From Raillietiella orientalis (taxonomy: Eukaryota): a DNA stretch of 64,000 nucleotides. The number at the start of each line of letters is the position of its first letter. Within the stretch, counting starts at the first letter, position 1. Under the pieces are notes generated by a model that had not been told where the DNA came from, did not search any database, and saw nothing but the letters and a program-made list of their open reading frames with translations. Positions 14,364-26,490 of this stretch are shown in pieces. The stretch is from positions 5,394,001-5,458,000 of the forward strand of contig JAYWIR010000006.1 of NCBI GenBank assembly GCA_036172245.1. The letters run 5' to 3'. Made by a program: the position numbers and the translations under genes.

Positions 14364-15262
14364 TTATGCAACAAAGTCCAGTCCTAAACCTACTTTGTGA
14401 TCCCCTTGATTTAAGCTAGTTCCATCAATGAGAAGAGAAAGAGTCAGAGTGGCTCCCTGACGTAATCGATGTTCTAAACTCAAACCAAGCTGAGCTTGAT
14501 TTGTCAGTTTGCCTCTCAGCTGCGTAATCTGATCCAACGAATAACAACAACCCAAAGCAAATCGAGGCAGATCTCCTGCTCCCGCTAATGTCATCATGAC
14601 TCCAGTCTGCAAGTTGGAACTATTGTGTACCCACACACTACTAGTGGCCTCTTGGCCATCATTTAGTTGAACATGTACAACAAAATCTGAGGACTGATAG
14701 CCGAAAGCAAGCTGACTCTTTTTGAGTGGTAAATTACTACCCAACTTGAATGCAGCTTGATATCCTAATAACCAGCCCTTATAAAGGCTTACTATGGAAC
14801 CTGTCAGCACTGGTTGCTGCTTGCTCAAGCTCACATCCCCATGTACTGTGACCATATCATGTTGATAGCAAGCTCTGAGGAATGAAAGCAACATGCGAAC
14901 AGGGGGTTGCATTGTGCCATCCAAAGACAATCTGAGACCTTTAAGTAACTTATCTTGTTGGGTAATTTCAAAACACAATTGATTATCAGTATTCCATCTC
15001 TCCTTAATTGATACTCCTTAAACAGAATTCCAGAAGTTTCCACAATAGATAGTGAACACTTACCATATTCTGTATGACTAAACTTGCTCTCCAGAAAACC
15101 AGTCACTTTGCCAGTATCCTGTGCATGGGTAACATTTGCTAAAAACTGTGGGCCTCCTTCTGGAGTCAATTTACTTTCAATACGAAATACTCCGAAATGA
15201 TATCCTTTACTGAACAGGTCACGGCAATTTTTGCCAAGATCACAGAACAGTGGTGGTGCCAT
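14364..15262 (-). CDS. VDAC: Voltage-dependent anion channel (mitochondrial porin), divergent (~283 aa; exons 15262-15064, 15016-14364)
   Basis: MAPPLFCDLGKNCRDLFSKGYHFG...GKVTGFLESK...EYG|VSIKERWNTDN...KGLRLSLD...YKGWLLGYQ...LTLSLLIDG..LNQGDHKVGLGLDFVA. A 47-nt GT-AG intron at 15063-15017 restores the frame. Minus-strand AATAAA near 14285-14290. Confidence 0.95.
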
Positions 15263-15949
15263 TGGTGTTTTGTATTTGCTAATTCGGTCCGATCAATCTA
15301 ACAAGGAAAAATCTAATTGGGAAACGTAAAAAGAATATTTTTATAATAGATGCCAATTTCAATGCACTCATTTCTGAAGTACTGTTAGAAAAAAAAAACA
15401 CACACACACAAAAGAAAAACACGAAGCTACAAAATTTGTATGAATTCAAGCAAACGCTTCTCTGGTTTGACAAATTTAAAAAAATTGAGCACGGTTGCAG
15501 ACTGCAGCTGATATTCATTTCTTTCCTTTCATTATGGCCCTCAAACGACTTGAAGTCACATGTATATACCACATGATTCCCAAGTAAGGCATGCCATGCA
15601 GTTGCCGGCATTAGAAATTATTGCTAGCATAAACTGTGTTAGAAACCTTGCATCTCAGGAGGTACATTATATATATATATATATATATTTTTTCAGAAGT
15701 GTGACCAACAGTTCAATTTCACACCGGTACTCGAAATCGGACCACCAATTCAAGAATGGATGCATATTTCTCGAGTTTGCTCAACGGTTTCGGGTGCAGG
15801 TTCCCGGTTCTGGTGTTTCTGTTTTCACGTTCACGGAAGTTTTTTTCCGTTTTTCTTTTCCTTCCCCCCCCCCCCCCTCCTGTTTCCATGCCTTGGGAAC
15901 GTTACCCTAACGTCTCACGCAAACCACTCGGGCAAGCCACGGCACGGAA

Positions 15950-16225
15950 AGGGACGAGAGAAAAAAAAAAAAAAAAACAGAAAAAAAAGGGAAAGAAACC
16001 ACCACGAGGATCTCCGACCTACCGAAAAATTCAGCATTCTTCTTCCCCTGTATCCCGAAAAGGAGAGCACACACTCAACCAGACGAACCACATCAACTTT
16101 CATCATAGAATGGGGTGGATGGGTGGGTGGGGGAAAGGGGGGAAAAAGAAGAAAAAAAAAGAGGAAAGAAAGGGAGAGAGAGAGAGAGAGAGAAATGAGG
16201 AAGAAAAAAAAAAAAAAAAAAATAC
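15950..16225. repeat. Low-complexity poly(A)/GA-rich tracts and a G-run cluster
   Basis: Long A runs, (GA)n, and GGGGTGGATGGGTGGGTGGGGGAAAGGGGGG at 16112-16142. Confidence 0.85.
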
Positions 16226-16572
16226 CTTGCCGGTGAACGAGCCAGAACGTGTTTCGGCTATGTTTCCAATTGTGCTGTGTAGACGGGCATATTCATCGGG
16301 TTTCGTATTCTTACGCAACTCCCCAAGTAGCCATATTGGTAGAGGAACATGCAACTAGCGTGAATCCTACAGTGGCATCCCAAATTATTTGTGGTAGATT
16401 CTGTGTAGTAGCATCGTACCTTGCCTTTTTTTTCCACCAAGTTGTTTGTGAAAGTAACGTGGTATACTGTTTCAGAATTTTTCCGGTTGCTGCAAACTTC
16501 TTTTTGTCGTTCTGCTTTCGATCACAGTTTGCTTTATGTGAAGCTCACACACACATTTGTGAGTGAGTGACA

Positions 16573-16640
16573 GTGTGTGTGTGTGTGTGTGTGTTTGTGT
16601 GTTTGTGTGTGTATACGTATATGTGTATGTATATATATAT

Positions 16641-16679
<39 letters not shown>

Positions 16680-16680
16680 T
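16573..16680. repeat. Compound microsatellite (TG)n-(TA)n-(CA)n
   Basis: Dinucleotide runs visible directly in the sequence. Confidence 0.9.
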
Positions 16681-18380
16681 GTGCTTTTTTGTACGAGTAA
16701 GTTTGTGCCACTTTGAATCTTATATCAGAAATGAAGTTGATGTGTTTTTTGACGTGGTATCGAGTTACCGTTGCTCAAAGGCGACATTAGCTTAGTGTAT
16801 ATTTAGCTATTTTAAAAGCCATATGTGTGTAGCAAGATATGTTAAAATCTTAAAGCGAATTTCTGGAATTGAGCAGAAAAAAAGGAAGGCATTCATAAAC
16901 TCCTGGCTCACCATCTGAGATTTAATGTTTGGCCAAACGGTTTTTCGGTCAAAATTTAAGTCAAGGTTTAAAATTGTCAATATTTCAACACTGGAATATA
17001 ACAGTTTTTTTCGTTTTGTTTCTGTACTTGTTTTTTTTTTTTTCTTGTTGTTCTTCATGTGAAATTAACCACACGAAAAATGCAGCGGATTACGATCTGT
17101 AATTGACTCACACGCCGTGTATGTAGTGATCGGAAAAGATGAAAGGTGTGTTGGGTTTTTCGTGTCAGTGCACCAAAAACCGAAAGGACATGTTTGTGTG
17201 TTTGTTTTTCCCCTTCTCCCCTCCCCCAATCCACAAAGGCATTTCATACCTTGCAAAGCTCGCTTTCGTTATTTTGAAACAAAACAGTTGGAAATGCGAT
17301 TTAGAATTTCTTGTCATTGAAATGGCTGAAATTTCCCAGAGCCCTGCTTCCTGATGTATTAAGCAGCCTGTTTGATCCATTTGTAAGATCCCAAATAGAG
17401 TGAAATGCCGTTTTCTTTTGTTTCCACTCGTATTAATTCTGCATGTTGATTGTTTATTTTTTAAAAATGTCAGGGAAGTTTAAGCAGATGTGTTTGACTT
17501 TCCATCAAATTCATTGTCAGTGTATAAGTACCTTGTAACTGCACAGAATCGTTCTTTCCAACAGTTGATATGTTACTGTCTAACAAGAGTCATGTCCTGA
17601 TCATTATTATGTATTAATTATGTAAAGTTTGTGTATTTTGGGGGGGGCGATTAACTGTTTTGCTGTGTTAATTGATCACAAGTGATAGGAAGAAAAGTCA
17701 TTATAAGTTTATTGGAAACTGTACTTGTTACTCAGTAATTCACTGCAATTCATATTCCTTTATAAACAAAGGCATGTTAATTTCTACTTGCATTTTGCAG
17801 ATTTGAAAACTTATCTTGGAAGTAATTGACTTTTGTTGTTGCATAACAAAATTTCTTTTTGTTTTTCAAAACGTTTATCATTGCATTCTACAAATTTGTT
17901 TGCTATTTTTGTGAAATAGGTAAATCTTGTTTAATAACACCAAGGAAAGAATGGTTTGCTTCTGTTCATAATTTATAAAAGGAGATTCTAAAAATTAAAG
18001 TAAGCATTCAAATATTAAATTATAAGGAAACTTTGTATGTTTAATCCCATTCACTCCAAAAAGTAAGGAATAAGAGAGTGTTTTTTTTACTGTGATAGTT
18101 CTGTTTCTTAGACATCAAGGATTTGTTTATTATCTCTTATCTGAGAATAGTAGAGAAGTGTAAGTCCTTGCACTTTTGTTTGTAACAAATAGATTATGAG
18201 TCAAAGCAAAAGTGTGCATGTGCATGTGTGTGTGTGTGTGCATGCATGCGTGTGTGCATGTGCATGCATTTTTGCCTCTGTGGAATGTAATCTCTTGTAT
18301 TATTTTCTCTGGAATAGGACCCAGAGGGTATGTTAGAACTTGTGTCAGTAGTAATTGAGTGCAAACTTTGACTTCACCTG

Positions 18381-19062
<682 letters not shown>

Positions 19063-19849
19063 GACCTGTTTTTCCCTTGCCCCAGCCACTGTGCGATGGT
19101 CATGCGATATCTAATAAAACAAATTGTCTATGGATGAGAGGAGTGCTTGTTATAGTTGTACAGCCTGTGATTATCTAGTGAATAGGATCAATTGGGAATT
19201 TATGTTTTCATTTAAGAGGCAAAATATGATGACTGTGCTGCAATGTTTTAGACTGACCTGAAGTTATTTTGTTGATGCAACCGAAATTCATTATGATGAG
19301 TGCATTGTTCATTGCAGCTACATTCAAATCATGGAAGTTTGTGTGCTTTCCCACGTATGTATGACAGTTGTGCCCTGACGGCTGCTTTTGATTAACATAT
19401 TAGCATTGTAACCTTATACACTTCACAGTCACTTTGTCAAATTTGTGAAAATAGCAAAAATCTTGAATTGTCTTCGCATCATTATTATTGTTTTTGTTTT
19501 AACATCCACACAAACTTGCAGATGCAAATCTTATCAGTTTTTCTGCAATAGTGTGCCGATTTTTATTTTTATTTTTCCCTACCCCCTCCTTCGTGAATCT
19601 AGCAATAAGGAAGTACTTTATTATTTTGCCCATCATCATCGTGTGTAGTATTTCTTGGATTACCTTGCTGAATGCATCTCTCTTGAGAAGGAAAAATGAT
19701 GCTTGAATTTACGAAAAAGTAATGTTTGTACAAACAAATTCTACATTTAACCACACTGTAAACGTTCCTGTTTTTAGGCCAAACTAAAGCAAACCTGAAA
19801 TGTGTTCCAATGTAGGGAAAAAAATTTTCCTTAGAATTCTGAAATAAAT

Positions 19850-20800
19850 GTCAGTATTGGCCACGAATCGTTTTGTTTTTGACTCGTTTCCTAGTCATAG
19901 TGACGGACAAGCCGAGGTGCGTGGCGTGGTAGGACAGCTCGAGTAGCAGTAGTAGTGCACGCACCACTTCTGAAAGTAGCGAATGGTGGTGAACACTGAC
20001 GGAGCGTGAATGTTGTCTTGAAAGTGCAGCCGGGCGAATTGTGAATGAGTGCGTGAACGGATCCCAAAATGGAATGACAAAGGCAAGTCGCAAAAATACT
20101 TTTTAAAACGTCGTCGCTTTGGGGTGCGCAGCTCCAATGACTTCAGTCCTGCAGAGCTGCGTAGAATGCAGTGTGCCTCGCCATCCATAACGAGGGTTCT
20201 TCGAGAATCGTCGGTACGCGAGTCGAGCACCCCGGAGGTGTTCCGTCTGCTGCTACCCTGCTGGTGTGCTTCGGATGCTCGAGTGATGCGCGCGGCTGTA
20301 CCTCGTTTTTGTCTTCCCCTTCCTCCTCCTCCTCCTCCGAGTGTGCCGTTTCACGCAGCAAGGTTAACGATCCCGGCGAAACCGTGACTTCCCGCATTCG
20401 GGTTTGGCTAGGCGGAACCATCAGGAAAGAAAGGTCTTCCAGGCAGGCGCTGCGCCGGCGTCGGGAACGGTTGCATCCACGGGATCACCGGAGAGGATCG
20501 GGCGCACGTCTTCCTCCGCGTGCTCCTGGCGAAAGGGACGTCGTTGAATCGCATCCCCCTCGCTCTCTTCCAGCCCAGCGCGCCCGTCGCTCCGGGCGCG
20601 CAATCCACCGAAAGTGGGAACGGCTTTCAGACGAGCGACGTGAGCTCGCGATCGAGTGGACTTGGAAAAGCGTGGAGTTCAGCTCCGAGTCCGTACGTGT
20701 TGGGAAATTGCAGACCGCTTTGTTGTTTCGAAGTGCCGCGCAACTCGGGCTGTTGCGAAGGCCGGCTGTGCAGAACTAAGTGGTCACTGCCTGGTTCACA
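19850..20800 (-). mobile_element. Decayed non-LTR retrotransposon RT fragment
   Basis: GC/CpG-rich. Ordered minus-strand remnants: SSPVIP, APQSDDVLKSIF (like VPQGSVLSPLLF), YFCDLP (like YINDLP), LHFQDNI (like LFADDI) and HLGLSVTMTRK. Confidence 0.45.
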
Positions 20801-21849
20801 TTCGGATAGGTTTTTTTTTTTTCTCTCTCTTTCAAAAGCTGCTGCTTTGATTTATTTTCCATGGACCAATGGAGCAAAGGGACTGTCTCTCCTCGAGCAA
20901 GGCTAATGGTATGGCTGCGTTAGCGGTTGTTGCTCTTTCTCCGGTTGCGTCGGGGTCCGTTATTGACGGTTGTCTTCATCCCTGCGCTTCTTCCCTTTTC
21001 GGTTCAAGTACCGATACCACGCCTACGCGAAAACACGTGACGAGTCCTGTAGCAAATTCGGCCCCATCCTGAAGCGCCGCTCCTCGGCTGGCGAGCGGCG
21101 GCGCTGCGCTGCGCCGTAGCGTTTGGGCGAAACCCTGCGGCGCTCGTCGATAAGTTCCCTATTGATTAAATTATCTTCTTCTGCACACTTCGCTCAGAAG
21201 AGGTCTTCGCCCAGTTTTCCGAAGGCAACCCCGGAAGGTCCTGGATCGTCGCTTTGTGTGCGCGCTTTCTGTTTCTTTTTCTTTCCCTTGCTTTTTCCTT
21301 TGTAAGGGGATGTTCGAACGCGGTTGGGAGCTACCCGGCCGACCTCCCCGTGTGTACAGTCGGATGAAGCGGATGGTGGATGGGATCGGATCCCCTGCGG
21401 GGATCGTTGGTTACCTCGGTAGTTGACAGCTCCCGTTCGTCGGGCCTTCACCGTGGCCACCCTGTCAGACTCCGAGAAGTGATTCGAAGTCGAATCCCTT
21501 CGATTCGGCAAAGGCCCCCCTGTGGCTCCCTTTCCCGTTTTGGCTGCATCTTGTTTGCCGGGAAATTCCGAATGGGATTGCGATCCCTATCGTCGCATTC
21601 GCTCCGGAAAACGGTGAAAGAAGAGCACGGCACTTCCTCGGGCCACGCGCAGCCCTCCAAAAAAAGTCCAGTGGGAGCAAGCTGATCGCGGGCAAAAAAC
21701 GATCCTGAAGAGGTTGCACGAGTAGAGGTCGCGGAAAGATGTGCTTTGCATCGTCACACCCGAAGCGGGTCGCGGTGTGAGGCGCGTAGGTGGGTGAGGT
21801 GACGAGCGGGAGGAGGGAGGGGAATTCACGCTAACGGACTCGCGTAGCA

Positions 21850-22880
21850 GTGGTGTGCACGCCTTTTCGCGGCAGCTGGAACGTACTGACCGACGCGACT
21901 CAGGGGAAGGGGAGAAGCAAAATCGTGGGGTCATCAGTCGGCTCTTCGCTCGAGGTCGCAGAAACCAAGTCCACACGTTGCACAAGCGGCAGCGGTGACG
22001 ACGTGGGGATTCCTCAGGACTGGGATCTCCAGGAGCCTAAAAATGCTGCCCGTGCCACGCGCCTCATTCCGTTTTCCAACTCTCTCTGTATCCTCCCCCT
22101 ACCCCGCTTCGTAGAGAATTCAAGGTCGTCTCATAGCATCGTGACCCAAAGCGACTTCCGCATTTTCCAATTTCCAAAATCCTCCTTTCGAATCCCTGCA
22201 CCTGCGGAGGGAGGGACCTCGGTCACCACGGTTCCATGCGCTTCCGCGTTCTCGTGCACGATCTTCTCAAGGGATAGAAGCGGCGAATGATCCCGGCTTT
22301 CAAACCCCCGTCCGGGGGCGCCATCAGAGGGAGACGAGGTGCCCAACCACGCGCATCTCGGGCGTACGGCGGGTGTTCTGTTTGCCAGACGGGCACCGTG
22401 GGTCGCAGAAGTGGCGCTATCCGTTTGTATCTTCCTTGCCCTCGGCATATGGAACGAATTTTCGGTCTCCCGTTCGAAACTCGCAACTGGGCTGCGTGGG
22501 ACTTCGAAACGGGCTGGTTGGATGGCAGCAAGGAACGCGCGAAACCGAGGCGCGGTGCACCGCCATCCTTGCGTTGGACCCGTGGTGGACGCGAACCGAC
22601 CGTCGAGCCTCCGCTTCAGGTATTCCCATCCACCTCGGTCAGGAGGCAGTCCATCCCGAGCAAGAGGAAACACAGTGTCGAAGAACTGCGGCAAGGTGGG
22701 AGAGAAACCACGTGTGGCAGTAAGGCGGGTCCTGTCGACAGTGTCCCGTTACCGCAGGAGGAAGGCTCCTGCTTCGAGTTCGCGCGCGTTTCAGCAGGAC
22801 GCGTGCTGGAAAGACCGACCCGCGAAAGCGAGGGAGCGCACCCCCGTTGGCTGTTGCTGTTCCTCTCCCGCTGGTGAGGT
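21850..22880 (+). mobile_element. GC-rich probable LINE relic (possible APE-endonuclease N-terminus)
   Basis: PFRGSWNVL...LEVAETKS resembles the xGSWNV...ETK motifs of LINE endonucleases. The remainder is uninterpretable. Confidence 0.3.
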
Positions 22881-22924
22881 CAGGGTAGCGCCACTAGAAG
22901 GTGGTTCCTGACTGGGTCACGCCG

Positions 22925-25900
22925 GGAGTTTATTCTAAAAAATAAAATAAATCTTAACAACAAAAGTACAAAATAACACTGATTCGGCAAGTCACCGAGG
23001 ATGTAGCTGCTGGGAGCAGCCTCCGGAAGAGGACCACACAAGGTGAAACAAAGAATAAACAAGCAAAAAAAGTTTCGAGACGTTTGGAAAGGAGGGAGGG
23101 GGGGAAGGCATCACAGAGTTCTCCCTGGCGTCCCTTGCATCCTCTCAAAGATGCCGGCAAGCACCCCCTGGTTGCGTGTCAGGTGCGACCGTCCCGCCTC
23201 AGTCCTCAGGAAGGAGAAGGCGAGGGAGGCAGTGGCGTCCACCTCTACCGTCGGAGCTTCGGGTCGCCTCGATTCCGCGGACGAAGCAGGAAGCTGCGGC
23301 AGGCGACGTGGCGCCATGCATCGGGCCTTCACACGCGTGGGGAGGTGTCTGAATAGGGCCTTCGGGTGGTATGCTGGAAAGTCGAGGGACTTCCCGCGCA
23401 CAAGAGGGAGCAACCCATTCGAAAAGCAGGTGTTGGTTGACACCTCCCTCTGGGGAAGATCGCATCTCGAGTATCGGAAGCGCGCTTCTCCCTTCAGAGA
23501 AATTGGGAAGCGTCCCTTCGGGGTTCTTTTCGGAGGATGAGGAAATCACGAGTGGATCCTTTCCTGTAAGTCGGTCCCTCCGAAGAAGAAATGAGGAAGA
23601 GGGTTTCTTCGGGGTTCCCTTCGTAGACAACCAGGACCACAGTTGGCAACCCCAGGGAGCCTGTAAAAATCCTCTTCGCGGGGAATGCCCTACCACCAGC
23701 CGCAACCTCAGCAGCTCCTTGCTGCGTCCTCGGGGATGTGGCGTCCTGCAGCAGCGCTAAAGAAGGAGCGTACGAGAGAGACGCCGTCCAGCATGCAGTT
23801 CGCTTTCTGCGGATAGCAGCCAGATGCCCTCATCTGGTTGCAATCAGGACCGATCTAGCCGGCATCCTGGAAAAGATGCGGAAGATGACCTCCAGCAGGC
23901 CGTGATCCTTTCCTGGCTCTCCCATTTTTTGTGTGTGTTTTTATTTCATGAACTCTCTTTCCCTCCTTCCCTCTCTACCCCTTTGTTTTCCCCCTCCCCT
24001 CCGTTGCCGAGGTGACCCTTGCCGGTCTGTGGACTGGCAGCCTAGAGGATCCAAGGGCAAATCGAGCGTGGTCGTACCACGCGCCCCACCACGATTTGTG
24101 AGTTTTTTTCAACTTCAACAAACGCCCCGGCGCGCCCGGGTGGAACTCGGAGACAACCAGAGCGAGGGTTCCCTTCGGGATTCCCTCTCAAACATAAGAG
24201 AGGAACGGGCCGCTTCCTCAGGAGCTCTTCCTGGATTCAAAGGGTGTTTCCTCCCGGGCTACCCCCTACAGCGCGAAAGACTCCCTCGGGCAGAGTGGGC
24301 GATTCCTAAAGAGCTCTGCAAGTCCCCCCTAAGGGGGAGGAGAGCGGTTCTCCGGCAACCCCTGATAACCGGAAAGAAGGGAACCTGGAAAGCAGGTGGG
24401 GGCGAGGTGTCCCTTCCGCGGTCCCTGACCACGGTCCGGGGTTGTGCCGCACCTGGTCCAGCTACGGAGGCTGGCGTTGCGCAGCAGTGGCGACGCCGCG
24501 TCTTGCCACTTCGGAGGGAGGAAGGAGCCGTCGAAGGACGCCTCGAGGATGTCCTCTTCGCCCAGCGGGATTTCAAGGTGGTCCATCGAACGGGAAAGCT
24601 CTTCGAGGGTGAAGGGTGGCGGGGGGGGAGCACTGCCCAGCATCCCCGGCCTTCTTCCTGCGACCTCGCAGTTTCCTGACCGTCCCGCAGGGGCAACGGC
24701 GTCGCGGCGAGAAGGACTCGCTGGCCCCACAGGATCATCCCCGAGAGCCAGTCCAGCATGTCCTCCAATGAGCAGCGGGACCCTCCTCCGCCCCCCCATC
24801 TTCGATCCGCTTTCCGTTTCCGCCGCAGTCCGCCATCCAGCAGATCTGGGCGTGGTCTTGAGCCATGGCAACCGTGTGGCCGGAACCGGCCGCCCACTTG
24901 GCGCTGTTCCGTACCAGAGGTCTCCCCGAAACTTCGCCCCTAGGGATGTTCCCCACCGGCGCTTCCACGTGGACGAGACCCTGGCATCTCCTGGCCGGTT
25001 GCTCCACAGGAACTGCGGGTACTTCCGACCGCAGTCATGCAGCGCTTTCCCGGGAGTCTCGGAACCTCTTCCGACCGTTGCCATGGGGACCCGTCGAAGG
25101 CGGAGTTTCTGACGCGCCTCAACCATCGCAATCGGGATGTCACGCGGCGAGACACCGGACTCCCCCGTCCCTCCTGCTCGTCTTCCCCGCCCCGGGCGTC
25201 TCCTGAGGGACGCGCCGCGGAAGGGGGCAGTGGGTCTTTTCCAGGCTGCCGCTTCCCGAGGAACCCCTCGGGAACGAGTCTCGGTGAGGACTCTCCTCCC
25301 AGGACCGTCCTCCACCGACATCCCCCTCCCCCGGGGGCGAGCAGACGCGGGAGAGATCAGGCATCGAACCCCGGAGTTCGAGCTGTACCTCTCTCCCTAG
25401 GTCATCTGAGGTCAAACCCTGTGAGCCTCGGCACACTCGTTGATGCCGCCGCCTCAGCTCAGCTCGCGAGGCAGCTGCCTCCAGCTCATCTCCCTCGGCC
25501 CGTTCTGTACCTTTCCGCCTCGTCCCTCCTCTGCCCCTTCCCCGGGAGTCGGCGTACAGAGGCCGCCTCCAGCACCGCTCGCGGTCTGGCTGGTCGGGCC
25601 CTCCGGCGTATCACCTCCGGTGCTTCCGCTCCCTGTCGGCCAGCCGAGAAAACTTCCGCTTCGCGGTCTCGGGGCCCGCCCCAGGCACGCTGCAACTACG
25701 AGCGACGCCTCGAGGAGCGGAGAGCGCCGCCGCCGCAGCGTGCGCCAAGCTTCTCCCCCCCCCCCCCAGCTCTCTCCTTCGCACGCGTTCGGTTTCTTTT
25801 TTGTTCGTGGATCGCCCTCCTTTTGGTCCACCAGAGCTTTCAGTCTGCTCTTCCGGTCCAGATGCGCGTTCGGACCTGCTTCGAACTGCGCAGCGAAAAC

Positions 25901-26270
25901 CTGCCGTAACTCCCTTGGCTGAGCGCGGAGGCCGGGGGCAGGAGAGGAGGCTCGCGGTAGCGGAGGGGGGCAGGGAGCGGGGAGAAGTTCCGAGGATCTC
26001 CCCGCTCGGAGGCGCGCGGAAGTCTCGGAGGGCGAAATTTCCTTTCCGACGAGAAGATTTTTGCTCGGGTGCGGCGGCGGGGAACACCAAGAAAGGCGGC
26101 CGGCTGCAGAGATCCGCGGAGCGGGCGCGGGATAGCGAACGTGCGGTGTTGCGTTTCGTGGTCATGGCAACGGTCGGGCACGGGCGGCGGGGGTGTCCGT
26201 TTGCCGCGAGAGGCCGCGTCTCCGCTGCAAGAAGTGTGCTCCAGATCGCAACGAATCCGAATCACCACAC
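22925..26270 (-). mobile_element. Decayed L1/Tx1-like element (host copy 1): RT relic, ORF2 C-terminus interrupted by a ~40-nt minisatellite, and 3' UTR
   Basis: Minus-strand order: TASLLSC..TAGFR, RGVARSCSVP (like RGVRQGCPLSP), PLYADS (like LYADD), SRRDGGVRCL, FLPPKWQDAASPLL...WTRCG, [repeat], HLLFEW, AASCFVRGIEAT, LAGIFERMQ..*. The C-terminal parts align by eye with the 43.4-44.6 kb ORF. Confidence 0.7.
23635..24150 (+). mobile_element. 5'-truncated L1/Tx1-like insertion (516 bp) with target-site duplication AGACAACCAG
   Basis: Direct repeat AGACAACCAG at 23625-23634 and 24151-24160. The insert reads without frameshift as TTVGNPREPVKILFAGNALPPAATSAAPCCVLGDVASCSSAKEGAYERDAVQHAVRFLRIAARCPHLVAIRTDLAGILEKMRKMTSSRP*. 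This is homologous to the end of the 43404-44618 ORF and is followed by the family 3' UTR. Confidence 0.85.
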
Positions 26271-26274
26271 TGCT

Positions 26275-26490
26275 TTTTCTTTTCACCTCTCTTTTTTCTT
26301 CTTCTTCTTCCTTTTCTTTTTTTTTTTTTTTTTTCCTCTCCTTTTTTTTTTTTTTTTTTTTTCGCGTCATGTGGATGCTCTTTCACATTTCACCGGTTCA
26401 ACTCGAGCAGGAATTGAGCTCAAACTGGTGGCACAAAAGAGACAAGTAAAAAAAAGAAAAAAAAAAAATGAATGAATGAAAAAAAAAAAC
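26275..26490. repeat. Poly(T)/CT-rich tract followed by poly(A) tracts
   Basis: Homopolymer runs visible directly in the sequence. Confidence 0.85.

Noticed and set aside
15560..17380. Lys-, Phe- and CV/TH-rich ORFs
   Set aside because: These are translations of homopolymers and microsatellites.
23490..24230. CRISPR-like appearance of the hairpin-containing ~40-nt repeat
   Set aside because: The units are degenerate and tandem without unique spacers, there are no cas genes, and the context is eukaryotic.
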